A DNA stretch of 64,000 nucleotides, from contig NW_027362769.1 of assembly GCF_046119375.1 (NCBI RefSeq), positions 51,708,001 through 51,772,000 on the forward strand, in the 5' to 3' direction. The translations under genes and the position numbers were made by a program. Shown one piece after another: positions 48,116 to 60,898 of the stretch (the first letter of the stretch is position 1; the number at the start of each line of letters is the position of its first letter). The notes below the pieces were generated by a model that was given only the letters and a program-made list of their open reading frames with translations, was not told the origin of the DNA and made no database searches. This DNA is from Phyllobates terribilis. Its lineage: Eukaryota.

Positions 48116-48340
48116 TAATAATGTCATCCAATTCTGGCTCCAATAAGTTAATAATGTCCTCCAATTCTGCACCCCATAAATTATTGGGGCATAAGTCGTG
48201 CAATTCTGGTCCCCATAAATTAATAATGTCCTCAAATTCTGGACCCATAAATTAATAATGTCCTCCAATTTTGTCCCCCTAAAGTTGATAATGTTCTCCA
48301 ATTCTGACCCCCATGTAATAATAAGGTCCTCCAATTCTTG
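48116..48340. repeat. Minisatellite, about 31-bp unit
   Basis: AATAATGTCCTCCAATTCTG..CCCATAA repeated. Confidence 0.8.
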
Positions 48341-49743
48341 CCCGCCCATGTCGTCGCCCCCCCATGGTCTTCTCCCTGTTACCTATCCCCGGTCCCACCC
48401 TGAATGACTCTGCTCTCTTCTTCCTTCTTCTCCCTGTTCCTCTTGGCTCCTTGCCTCGCTCTTACTCTACAGCTGTGGCCCAATCAGAGACCCACAGCTG
48501 CAGAGCACACCTGCATCAGATTGCAAGCCCCTCCTTCAACATTGATATTATGCCCTGCAGATGTGGGTCATGGAGCCAGGGGCTCTCTGTCTGTTCCACA
48601 ATAGTTTTCAACTGGAGGTGTGTCCAAGGACGCAGTTTTGGTTGAAAATATGGCTGATCCCAACGCGCCCCCCTCACCCATAAGCTCGGTCAACATCGCA
48701 CCTTCTGCAGTCCTTATGCCCCTGCCTTTTACACTGACTGTGTCAGATTTTTCTATTTATATAACAGTTGTCTAACTTCAGAAGAGGTAGCAATTATGGA
48801 AGTGTTGGAATGAGCTTTAATTTAGGTTGAAGCTTTTATTTTTCATAGTGCCTCCAAAAATTAGAGATGAAGTCCCGTCCAGTCCCCCAACCTGACTAAG
48901 CTATGCTCCTATGCTCCTGGAAAAGGACAATTTAGACCATTGTTGCTTTTTGTCACATAAACAAGTGTAGGGACAATTAGGTCTCTGATCCCTCTGTGGA
49001 ATATTTTCTGACCATTTAATGTGAAATGACCTTGTAGTATGGCAAAAATATAGTACAATGTAACATTCTAATAAAAAAAAAATCTAGAAATGTTTTTTTT
49101 TTTTTTACAAAGCTGAGATATGATTGCTTTCAGCCCCAGATCCTGAAGCTGCGCCAATGAGAAATTCTGGAGATGACATGTGCCTTTCTTATTTCCAGGT
49201 GCAGTGTTATTATGTAGACTTTTTATGAATTAAAATAACTATCCAGGGCTGGCTTGGAGGGAGGAGATATAGACTGCGCAATTACCCAGAGCCCCCACTC
49301 CCTCAGGGGCCACCAGCATCTACAGCAGGAGCTTCACTGACAATAGGATTAACAGTGAAGCTTCCAATGTGGAAACTGCTTCAGGACCTTTGTTGATATC
49401 ACAATTATGTGTCTGGTCATGTGACCGTGATGTCACCAGAGGTCTTGTACTCTGCGGAATGTCAGGACCTTTGGTGACATCATGATCATGTGACCAGTCA
49501 TGTGACTGTGATGTCACCACAGGCTCTGTACTCTGAGGGAGTCAGATGGACTGAAGAGAAGATAGACTGGTGGTGTGTAGTGTGTGCAGGGCTGCCACCA
49601 GGAATTTCAGGGCACCATACTGGCAAAATTTTCAGGCCCCCTTGAGACTCCACTTCCACCCCAGCTCCACCTTCACCCCTCGAACCTTCCACAGTCACAC
49701 CGCCCACTCTTGGAAAAACTCCACTTCTGCACCACATCTTCAC

Positions 49744-49838
49744 TAGTGATGAGCGAGCATGCTCGTTACTTGAGATTTACGAGCATGCTCGGGTGTTTTC
49801 CGAGTACCTTCGGCGTGCTCGAATGTTATGTTTGAGTC
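49744..49838. mobile_element. Isolated hAT terminus
   Basis: TAGTGATGAGCGAGCA, identical to the first 16 nt at 15481; no partner TIR. Confidence 0.75.
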
Positions 49839-49839
49839 A

Positions 49840-50390
49840 TTGTGTGTACATGCAATAAGAGGCGATCAAAACATCGTTTCAACCCCAAAATGGTATCAAT
49901 AAAAATGTAATCTCAGGCACAAAAAAAATAAGCTTTCACCCAGCCCCAGATCCTGAAAAATGAAAGCGTTACGGGTTTCGGACAATGGCGACAAAAGCAA
50001 AAACGTTTATTTTTGTTACAAATTTCTGAATTTTTTTCACCACTTCAATAAATAAAAACTATACATGTTTAGTATCTGAGTACTCGCACTGACCTGGAGA
50101 ATCATGTTGCCAGGTCAGTTTTACCATATAGTGAATATGATAAATAAATGTAAAAAAAACCAATCTTGGAATTGTACTTTTTTCACAATTTCTCCCCACG
50201 TGGAATTTTTTCCCCTTTTCCAGTTCATTATGTGGTGGAGTGAAAGGTAGCATTCAAAAGTACAACTCATCCTGCAAAAAACAAGCCCCCATATGGCTAT
50301 GTGGATGGAAAAATAAAGTTATGGCTCTTGGATGAAGGGGAGAAAAAAGCAAAAAAGAAAAAGTGAAAAATCGCCCAGAGGTGAAGGGTC
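49840..50390. mobile_element. Internal fragment of the piggyBac-type family
   Basis: Similar to 37390-37540 and to the reverse complement of 11580-11900 (AAAGTACAACT..CC.GCAAAAAACAAGCCC). Confidence 0.55.
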
Positions 50391-50466
50391 CTTGTAATAG
50401 CAGCATGATGGGTTTACTAACAAACTAAAAAAAAATCATATAATTAAGGTCAGGCTACCTCCTTAA

Positions 50467-51115
50467 AGGGAATCTGTCGACACATTTGACCTATCTAAAC
50501 TATTAATATGAGCATATAGGTTATAGACTGCTGAAAAAAAGTCCTCCCTGTATGTCTCATATCAGATGTCTTGTTGAAAAATTATCTTTTATCACTTTAT
50601 ATAAATGACCTCTTCCAGGCTATGGGGAGGACGCTGCCTGGAAGATAACTCTGCCTCCAGAGATTATTTTACATGAAGGGGAAGTTACCAGTGTGAGACA
50701 AGTAACTAACACAGAACAGGAGAAATTAACTTTGTATCCTTACATACACATTTGCTTCAGCTCTCACAGTTCTGCTGTATTGTAAAAATATTACACCCTG
50801 TCTGCCTGTGAGATGGAAATTGAAGCTGAGAGGAGCCTGCAGATGTGTCAGGTATAATTACAAGAAGCAGAGAGTGGCCATCACACATCACACTGGTAAC
50901 TCCCCCTTCATGTATAATAATCTCTGGAGGCAGAGTTATCTTCCAGGCAGAGTCCGCCCCAGAACCTGGAAGAAGTCATATATATAAAGTGATAAAAGAT
51001 GATTTATTAACAAAGCATCTGATATGAGACATACAGGGAGAACTTTTTTCAGCAGTCTATAACTGCATGCCCATATTAATAGTTTAGACAGGTCAAATGT
51101 GCTGACAGATTCCCT
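50467..51115. mobile_element. T2/Kolobok-like palindromic MITE
   Basis: TTAA|AGGGAATCTGTC ... GACAGATTCCCT|TTAA with long internal inverted arms. Confidence 0.9.
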
Positions 51116-51642
51116 TTAATTCCTAAATCTGTAGACAGTTATCAGGCAGATTTCCACTAGTGGCCACCCTAGTGACCCCATGACATCACAAGACAGAAAG
51201 TTTCGTCCTAAGGATTTTGGAACACCAGGATGGTGCTTAATAATTCAAATTTAACTTTTTTTTGTGTAAAATAGACTTTAGTATAATGTATATAGGAGTT
51301 CTTTGTTAAAAATTACATTTAAGTAGATGATCCTATGAAAACTTTCTTCTTACTCACTCTCCAGTCTGTAAAACCTATTTTCTTAGAAATGTTTAGGTCA
51401 TTCTAAATTAATATTTAATATCTGTGTTCAGAATCCTCATCTCTTGGTCAGAGTATAAGTGGATATAAAGAGCGTGTCTCTTTGGAGGACCTGTCCTGTA
51501 TGACACAGACAGACCAATGATGTGAATGGACATGTGTGCATCTATCTGTCTGTCTACATGTCTCTATGTGTGTGTGTCTGTCAGTATGTCTCTGTGTGTG
51601 TGGTTGAGTCTAGAATGTATGGACTGTTGGTGGTATATAAAT

Positions 51643-52099
51643 TGTAACAATGCTACTCACTGGGGAGCGGTATGAGGTATCACAGTAACCGTTTCTATTT
51701 AAAGTCCGGCTAGTTTATTTCAGTCCTCATAAACATCACAGGAAAACTTAAATACAGCCTTGTCCGGCACAGAATAAAACATAAAGTAACAAGTCCATAC
51801 AATAGTGCTGGTTAGCTCCCCTGGCTTAGAGTCCAGCTTCTTAGTCCTTTAGCAAAGGCACACAATCCAGGAGATCTGCACACCTCCATACACACAGCCA
51901 TCTGTGAGACAAACAGGTCTCAATTTACAAAGTGAACTGCACCCAGGGGTGGAGATATGGTGAGCAACTCTCTCTCCCAACTGTCCAGCTTCTCATAATC
52001 AATGTGTCATGGTCGATTAACGCCTTTTATTCCTATATGTACTAAAGCATTACTCCAAGCTTATCTCCCAACTACTAGGTGTCCGACAGCCACCTTACA
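51643..52099 (-). mobile_element. Probable solo LTR
   Basis: TGTAA...TTACA termini; minus-strand AATAAA near 51715; TSD imperfect (AAAT/ATAT). Confidence 0.5.
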
Positions 52100-52162
52100 A
52101 TATGTTAAGACATATATGTGTATGTATGTGCTCTGCATACATGTGTGTATGTGCTCTGTATA

Positions 52163-53790
52163 CAGTACAGACCAAAAGTTTGGACACACCTTCTCATTTA
52201 AAGATTTTTCTGTATTTTCATGACTATGAAAATTGTACATTCACACTGAAGGCATCAAAACTATGAATAACACATGTGGAATTATATACTTAACAAAAAA
52301 GTGTGAAACAACTGAAAATATGTCTTATATTCTAGGTTCTTCAAAGTAGCCACCTTTTGCTTTGATGACTGCTTTGCACACTCTTGGCATTCTCTTGATG
52401 AGCTTCAAGAGGTAGTCACCGGAAATGGTTTTCACTTCACAGGTGTGCCCTGTCAGGTTTAATAAGTGGGATTTCTTGCCTTATAAATGGGGTTGGGACC
52501 ATCAGTTGTGTTATGCAGAAGTCTGGTTGATACACAGCTGATAGGCCTACTGAATAGACTGTTAGAATTTGTATTATGGCAAGAAAAAGCAGCTAAGTAA
52601 AGAAAAACGAGTGGCCATCATTACTTTAAGAAATGAAGGCCAGTCAGTGCGAAAAATTGGGCAAACTTTGAAAGTGTCCCCAAGTGCAGTTGCAAAAACC
52701 ATCAAGCGCTACAAAGAAACTGGCTCACATGAGGACCGCCCCAGGAAAGGAAGACCAAGAGTCACCTCTGCTTCTGAGGATAAGTTTATCCGAGTCACCA
52801 GCCTCAGAAATCGCAGGTTAACAGCAGCTCAGATTAGAGACCAGGTCAATGCCACACAGAGTTCTAGCAGCAGACACATCTCTTCAACAACTGTTAAGAG
52901 GAGACTTTGTGCAGCAGGCCTTCATGGTAAAATAGCTGCTAGGAAACCACTGCTAAGGACAGGCAACAAGCAGAAGAGACTTGTTTGGGCTAAAGAACAC
53001 AAGGAATGGACATTAGACCAGTGGAAATCTGTGCTTTGGTCTGATCAGTCCAAATTTGAGATCTTTGGTTCCAACCACCATGTCTTTGTGCGACGCAGAA
53101 AAGGTGAATGGATGGACTCTACATGCCTGGTTCCCACCGTGAAGCATGGAGGAGGAGGTGTGATGGTGTGGGGGTGCTTTGCTGGTGACACTGTTGTGGA
53201 TTTATTCAAAATTGAAGGCATACTGAACCAGCATGGCTACCACAGCATCTTGCAGCGGCATGCTATTCCATCCGGTTTGCGTTTAGTTGGACCATCATTT
53301 ATTTTTCAACAGGACAATGACCTCAAACACACCTCCAGGCTGTGTAAGGGCTATTTGACCAAGAGGGAGAGTGATGGGGTGCTACGCCAGATGACCTGGC
53401 CTCCACAGTGACCAGACCTGAACCCAATCAAGATGGTTTGGGGTGAGCTGGACCGCAGAGTGAAGGCAAAAGGGCCAACAAGTGCTAAGCATCTCTGGGA
53501 ACTCCTTCAAGATTGTTGGAAGACCATTTCCGGTGACTACCTCTTGAAGCTCATCAAGAGAATGCCAAGAGTGTGCAAAGCAGTCATCAAAGCAAAAGGT
53601 GGCTACTTTGAAGAACTTAGAATATAAGACATATTTTCAGTTGTTTCACACTTTTTTGTTAAGTATATAATTCCACATGTGTTAATTCGTAGTTTTGATG
53701 CCTTCAGTGTGAATGTATAATTTTCATAGTCATGAAAATACAGAAAAATCTTTAAATGAGAAGGTGTGTCCAAACTATTGGTCTGTACTG
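52163..53790 (+). mobile_element. Full-length Tc1 element with long TIRs
   Basis: TA|CAGTACAGACCAAAAGTTTGGACACACC ... GGTGTGTCCAAACTATTGGTCTGTACTG|TA; TIRs of roughly 200 bp. Confidence 0.96.
52576..53627 (+). pseudogene. Tc1 transposase, near-intact but inactivated
   Basis: 1-bp deletion after the ATG (MARK|KQLSK); WSDQSKFE, QQDND, WPPQ*PDLNPIK (stop; catalytic E is K). Confidence 0.93.
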
Positions 53791-53848
53791 TACATGTGTA
53801 TATGTGCATGGTGTATACATGCGTGTGTGCTGTGTGTGTGTATACATA

Positions 53849-55497
53849 CAGTTGTGCTCAAAAGTTTACATACCCCGGCAGAATTTTTCCTTTCTTGGCC
53901 TTGTTTCAGAGAATATGAATGATAACAAAAAAACTTTTTCTCCACTTATGGTTATTGGTTGGGTGAAGCCATTTATTGTTAAACTACTGTGTTTTCTCTT
54001 TTTAAATATTAATGACAACCAAAAACATCCAAATGACCCTGATCAAAAGTTCACATACCCTGGTGATTTTGACCTGATAACATGAACAGAATTTGACACA
54101 AATGGGTTTGAATGGCTACTAAAGGTAACATCCTCACCTGTGACCTGTTTGCTTGTAATCAGTGTGTGTGCATAAAAGCTGAGTGAGTTTCTGGGATCCA
54201 AACAGACTTGCATCTTTCATCCAGCCACTGACGTTTCTGGATTGTGAGTCATGGGGAAAGCAAAAGAAATGTCAACGGATCTACGGGAAAAGGTAGTTGA
54301 ACTGTATAACACAGGAAAGGGATACAAAAAATATCCAAGGAATTGATAATGCCAGTCAGCAGCATTCAAACTGTGATTAACAAATAGAAAATCGTTGTTA
54401 ATGATTGTTAATCATTGTTAAACCACGGTCAGGTAGACCAACAAAAATTTCAGCCCCAATTGCCAGGAAAATTGTTTGGGATGCAAAGAAAAACCCACAA
54501 ATAACACCAGCTGAAATTCAGGACTCTCTGAAAACTAGTGGTGTGGCTGTTTCAAGATGCACAATAAGGAGGCACTTGAAGAAAAATGGGCTGCATGGTC
54601 GAGTCGCCAGAAGAAAGCCATTACTGCGCTAATGCCGCAAAGTATCTAGCCTACAATACGCCAAACAGCTCAGAGACAAGCCTCAAAACTTCTGGAACAA
54701 GGTAATTTGGATTGATGAGACCAAAATTTAACTTTTTGGCCACAACCATAAACATTACATTTGGAGAGAGGTCAACAATGCCTATGATGAAAGGAACACC
54801 ATACCTACAGTAAAGCACGGAGGTGGATCGCTGATGTTTTGGGGATGTGTGAGCTACAAAGGCACGGGAAACTTGGTAAAAGTTGAAGGAAAGATGAATG
54901 CAGCACGTTATCAGCAAATACTGGAGGCAAATTTGCACTCATCAGCTGCGCATGGGACATACTTGGATGTTCCAACATGACAACGATCCAAAACACAAGG
55001 CCAAGTTGACCTGTCATTGGCAACAGCAGAACAAAGTGAAGGCTCTGGAGTGGCCATCTCAGTCTCCTGACCTCAATATCATTGAGCATTGAGCCACTCT
55101 GGGGAGATCTCAAGAACGCAGTTCATGCTACACAGCCCAGGAATTTACAGGAACTGGAGGCTTTTTTCCTAGAAGAATGGGCAGCTTTACCATCTGAGAA
55201 AATAAAAAACCTCATCCACAACTACCATAAAAGACTTCAAACTGTCATTGATGTTAGAGGGGGCAATACACAGTATTAAGAACTGCGGTATGTGAACTTT
55301 TGATCAGGGTCATTTGGATGTTTTTGGTTATCATTATGATTTAAACAAAGAAAACAAAGTAGTTTGACACTAAATGGCTTCACCCAACCAATAACCATGT
55401 GTGGAGAAAAAGGTTTTTTGTTATCATTCATATTCTCTGAAACAAGGCCAAGAAAGGAAAAATTCTGCCGGGGAATATAAACTTTTGAGCACAACTG
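53849..55497 (+). mobile_element. Full-length Tc1 element, degenerate transposase (about 54251-55279)
   Basis: TA|CAGTTGTGCTCAAAAGTTTA ... TAAACTTTTGAGCACAACTG|TA; [23 protein letters not shown]; several stops and small duplications. Confidence 0.95.
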
Positions 55498-56648
55498 TAT
55501 GTCTGTGTAACATGCATCATGTGTGTCACATATGGTGTGTGTGTATGTAGCTTTCACATTTATAAATCCTGGCAGCGCAGGCGATATTTCATAGGTGTAA
55601 ACAAGTCAGCAATCACCCAACGAAGGAGCAAAATGCTGCTTATTCACAGGGTGATTGGATTTTTTATGGTGGAAGAAAAATCATTGTTCTCAGCAGCACA
55701 TCACTCTGTGCAAACTGCAGATGTGCTGCTGATAACATGATACTGTATGGGGAGAGATTAATCTCCTAGTGATTGTTCTGCACCCATCATTCTTCATCAG
55801 CTGGTGTAAAGAGGTCGGTAAAGAGGCGCCGAACCACTTCAATATTGTCGATCACGCTCATTTAACTGCCTGAACTCAGCGCATGTAAATGCAACTTCAT
55901 TTATTTAAATCCATTAAAGCTAACAATGTAAAAACTGCCACGTTTCTGGCGAAAATTGCCCTTAATCATAGAGCGTTTTTCACCAGAAATGTGTCAGTTT
56001 TAATGTTTTTTCTGTACAATGTTCATTTTAATGGATTTAAATAAATATTTTTTTTATACTTACCGGATGGAGATGCTGTATTCCCCCTCCCTCCTTTTGT
56101 TATTGCCATGCTACACCAACTGGATCTAGCACCCTCCAAATCTGTAAGAATCTGTAAGATTAGCAAGTGTCGTGAGCTCCTTTTTTGCCTTCATTCCATA
56201 CAAATGTTTAATGTAGACTTTTTCTTCTTTTGTCTTCTTTAAATTAGTGATTGCCAGTGAGTATTCAGACTACTCCCTGATTCCTCCATACCATCCATAT
56301 TTGTCACTGACAGAAAATATCACAAGCTTGTGGAGGGCTGTGCTTTGTGAGCAGACTCCAGGGCTCTTTGCTCTGATTGATTTTGGGTGCTTGTGGGGAC
56401 AGAAACATTGTAGCCTGCACTTCCTTATCTATATACAAGTGTGATTAATGAGGTGAAAAATAGGTCCCATTAGCTCTCAAAATTTGTGTCCGAAATCGGG
56501 ACAGGTTTCTCCAACACTTCCTGGTGAGTCACTTTGGATAGAAGAGAGGTGACTTGTAAGATAAGTTGCTTGTCAAAAAGATGCTCTGGTTTGACACCCT
56601 TTTGACAATTCTTTTGGCCATTAGATTTGGGATGTGTTTCATCTGTAA

Positions 56649-57036
56649 GGCTGTGTGCCCACGTAGCATTTTTCAAGCGTATATGCTGCGGAATTTCCGC
56701 AGCGTAAACGCTTGAAAAACGCATGTATATCCGCACCCCATGGTCCCCAATGGGATTCCGCAAGTTCTATGCACATGCTGCGGATTTTTCCGCAGCGTTT
56801 ATGCCGCGTTCAAAAATCCGCAGCATGTCATTTAATTTTGCGTTTCCGCAAGCGGAATTGCCTTTGTCCAATGCATAAAAAACGCAAGGCAATTCCGCAT
56901 GTGGAAAACGCGTGATAAACGCGCGAAAAATGCGCGATAAACGCGTGCAGAATTCCGCATGCGTTTTTCCGGGAGAGGACTTGCATTTATGCAGCAGAAA
57001 TTTTCTGCTTCATAAATGCAACGTGGGCACATAGCC
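56649..57036. mobile_element. PIF/Harbinger-like MITE
   Basis: TAA|GGCTGTGTGCCCACGT ... ACGTGGGCACATAGCC|TAA. Confidence 0.9.
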
Positions 57037-57829
57037 TAACATGGATGAAGCCTCAAAGAGAGCCTGTCATATTGCAAACAAAAGAATACAGCAGAACACT
57101 ATATGCGCTAAGATACATGAAAACATTACTGCGCTATAGAAAATACTTATGAAAATGAATGTACCTAGCTCATAAATTGGCCAATGCGTGAGAGCCCACT
57201 AACTAAAAACAGCGTTTATATTTCATATACTCAATGTTTGCATACATCTTAATGCTTGCCGTGTGCGGGCATATTCTTTTTTTGGTATATTATGCAGTCA
57301 TGGCAGCTTGCATCTGTTCACACTTGTTTTATTCTGTTCGGAGTTGCTGGTCAGTTTTTTGTATCCTGTCACGTGGTACATGCAGTCTACAGAGCATATT
57401 CTCTGACCAGCAATAACTATGCAGTTCAGACTGAACAACCGAGTATATGTTTCTACCATAAATGGCATCAATTCAGTCTTATAAATAAGCCTGTGAGACT
57501 AATTCTGTCAGCTTAAAAAAGTTAAATGGCAGAAAAAAAACCTGGAGTCTAAATGAACGAATATCTGCATTATTTTAAAATGCTATATAATATATGAAGG
57601 ATGAGTAGGGGGTGTACATTTTTTAAATTTATAAAAATCTTACCTCTACACACGCATATTGACCAAGGTGGTGCATTCTGAAGCCTCTAAAAAATTTTGA
57701 TCCTGCTCAAAATTTGGTTTTCACAAAGTTTGCTGCTTTATTTTTTTTAGATCTTTTGTCAGATGTTTCCATGGTTCCAAAAGTACAATTATCAGCATCT
57801 CATAAAACTTTTACTGACAAATCAAGTTC

Positions 57830-58630
57830 ATGAAAAGACTCAATAATTACAGCATTGACCCTTATTTTTCAAGACTTCTGTCCTTCGGCCTGGCAGCTGG
57901 ATGTCATCTTCTGGGCCAAATTCTGTCTGATGACAACATATTCTTGTCTAATCAGTGCTTGGAGTTTATCATAATTTCTGTGTTTGTTTGTCCACCCACT
58001 TTTTGAGGATTCACCACATGTTCTCAATGGGATTGAGATTTGGGGAGTCTCCTGGCCATGGACCCAAAATTTCAATGTTTTGTTCACCGAAACACTAGTA
58101 TTACCACTTTTTGCTTGTGACATGGTCACCATCATCACATTGCTCCTGGGTCGTTGGGAGAAGTTGCTCTTGGAGGATGTGTAGACATCATTCTTCATTC
58201 ATAGCAATGTTCTTAGGCAAAATTGTGAGCGATACTTAACCGAAAAAAATGAACTGTAGTATAAGTTGGTAGGCATGCAAAATAGGAGCATGTTCACACT
58301 GGCCATTAAATAGACAAAACCTAAGACAGAAACAAAATGAACATATACCCTGCTGTAAGTAAATAAGTAAACGCAATAGTGCATATAAATAACATTGGGT
58401 AACACTTAGTAATCATGGTTTTTAATCAAAAAAAGCTGACGTCATTCCATCAGTGTCAAGGTGTAACCAAATTGTGAATGACCCCACTCTATGCATGAAA
58501 AGCTTCCACACTTGAATGGTCTCAGTATGCTTTACTGTTGGCATGACATAGGACTCATGGTAGTGGTCACCTACAATCATTCTTCCAGAAGTCCCAAACA
58601 ATCTGATGGTGGCTTCATCAGAGAAAAATT
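57830..58630 (-). pseudogene. Tc1 transposase fragments interrupted by another repeat (58240-58475)
   Basis: FSDEATIRLFG..PTVKH at 58480-58630; WPGDSPNLNPIEN-type segment near 58020-58060. Confidence 0.75.
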
Positions 58631-60363
58631 GAGACATCTGGATAAATAACTGTCTAGAGAAGAAAAATGAGAGCTACCTTGATACTGGTCAAATGATTGC
58701 TACTGCTCGGCCTAGGTCAAACTAGAAAACAGTGCAACTTCAATTATAGTGGCAATGATTAGTGTAAAATAAAAATATATACAGTATATGGTGCAGATAA
58801 TCCATGCAATAAAAAAGAAGTAAAAAATACACAAAATGCCTCCTTAAAAGTTACCCTCACCTATCATTGCTATAACACTAGCCGTGACTCAATTACCCCA
58901 AAATAGACATGCATTATTTCTAAATGTATTATAACACTGGTATACAGTGGTTTTGGTGCCAACGATGTCTGAATGGTTTTATATTAAGTTTATGGTGCTG
59001 ATTAAGAATATGACTTTGGTTTTGGCAGATTGGATCTAGTTTCTGAGATATTTAACCTCTTTACCCCCCGAGGGTGGTTTGCATGTTAATGACCAGGCCA
59101 ATTTTTACAATTCTGACCACTGTCACTTTATGAGGTAATTACTCTGGAACGCTTCAATGGATCCCACTTATTCTGAGATTGTTTTTTCGTGACATATTGT
59201 ACTTCATGATAGTGGTAAAATTTCTTCGATATGACTACTTTACTTGTGAAAAAATCAGAAATTTGGCAAAAAATTAGAAAATTTCACAGTTTTCAAACTT
59301 TGAATTTTCATGCCCTTAAATCAGAGAGATATGTCACACAAAATAGTTAATAAATAACATTTCCCACATATCTACTTTTTTTTGTTAGGAAGTTATAAGG
59401 ATTAAAAGTTGACCAGCGATTTCTAATTTTTCCAACAAAATTTACAAAACCATTTTTTAGGGACCACATCACATTTGAAGTGACTTTGAGGGGCCTTTAT
59501 GGCAGAAAATACCCAAAAGTGATACCATTCTAAAAACTGCACCCCTTAAGGTGCTCAAAAACACATTCAAGAAGTTTATTAACCCTTTAGGTGCTTCACA
59601 GGAATTTTTGGAATGTTGAAGAAAAAAATGAACCCCAATTTTTATATTTTTTCAAGGGTAACAGGAAAAATTGGACCCCAAAATTTGTTGTGCAATTTCT
59701 CCTGAGCATGCATATACCCCATATGTGGGGAAAAAACATTGTTTGGGCGCACGGCAGGGTTCGGAAGGGAAGGAGCGCCATTTGACTATTTGAATGTAAA
59801 ATTTGCTTGAATAATTAGCGGACGCCATGTTGCATTTGGAGAGCCCCTGATGTGCCTAAACAGTGGAAACCCCCCACAAGTGACACCATTTTGAAAACTA
59901 GACCCCTCAGGGAACTTATCTAGATGTGTGGTGAGCACCTTGAACCACCAGGTGCTGCACAGAAGTTTATAACATGGAGCCGTGAAAATAAATAAATCAA
60001 ACTTTCTCCACAAAAATGATTTTTTAGCTCCAAATTTTTTATTTTCACAAGAGGAGAGGAGAAAATGGACCCCAAAAACTTTTGCGCAATTTCTCCTGAG
60101 TGCACCAATACCCCATATGTGGGGAAAATACACTGTTTGGGCGCACGGCAGGGTTCAGAAGGGAAGGAGCACTGTGTGACTTTTTGAACGCAAAATTGCC
60201 TGGTGCCATGTCGCATTTGGAGAGCCTCTGATGCGCCTAGTAACCCCATTTTGGAAACTAGACCCCTCAAGGATTTTATCAAGGGGTATAGTGAACATTT
60301 TGAACCCAGAGGTACGACACAGAAATTGATAACATTAGGTCATCATATTGTATAAGTTGTCAT

Positions 60364-60659
60364 TAGTCTTCAGCGCAAGTGCTCGCTACTTAAGTTTGCA
60401 TCGGGTACACGGGTATGCACCATGTATCGCAGGTACTCAAGTGACATGCTCGAGTCCCCGCATGTTTCACGGTTGTTAGACACCCCCAAAAAAACATGTG
60501 GGGATCGCTCATGCATGGCAGGCAATCACCGCAAAGTTTTTTTGGCCGCAAAGCATATGGAGAGGAGACTCGAGCATGTGACTCGAACACCCGCGATACT
60601 CAGTGCATACCCGAGCACCCGATGCAAACTCAAGTATCGAGCACTAACGCTCAACACTA
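60364..60659. mobile_element. hAT-type MITE inside piggyBac copy D
   Basis: Same TIRs and same site as 11083-11384 (GTTGTCAT/GTCGCCAT). Confidence 0.85.
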
Positions 60660-60704
60660 GTCGCCATACCATCATCTTTTTTTTTTCTTTACTTTTGAAA
60701 AAAT

Positions 60705-60898
60705 CCCAACCCCAACACAACCCTAACCCTAGCACAACCTTAACCCTAGCACTAACCCTAACCCTAGCACAACCCTAACCCTAGCACAACCCTAACCCTA
60801 TCACAACCCTAACCCTAGCACAACCCTAACCCTAGCCCTAACCCCAGCACAACCCTAACCCTAACACAACCCTAACCCTAGCACAACTCTAACCCTAG
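60705..60898 (+). repeat. Telomere-like minisatellite (AACCCTAACCCTAGCAC)n
   Basis: About ten 17-bp units containing CCCTAA. Confidence 0.92.

Noticed and set aside
48364-48720. Zinc-finger gene spacer exon
   Set aside because: In-frame stops, and no C2H2 or KRAB motif nearby.
55899-56046. Fourth hammerhead in a small fold-back
   Set aside because: The inverted repeat is real, but the core reads CUAUGAUUA..GAAACGUG and lacks CUGANGA and NUH; at best a decayed relic.
60705-60898. True telomere or chromosome-fusion scar
   Set aside because: Variant 17-bp units lie inside a TIR-bounded element, with a homologous tract in copy A; no head-to-head array.
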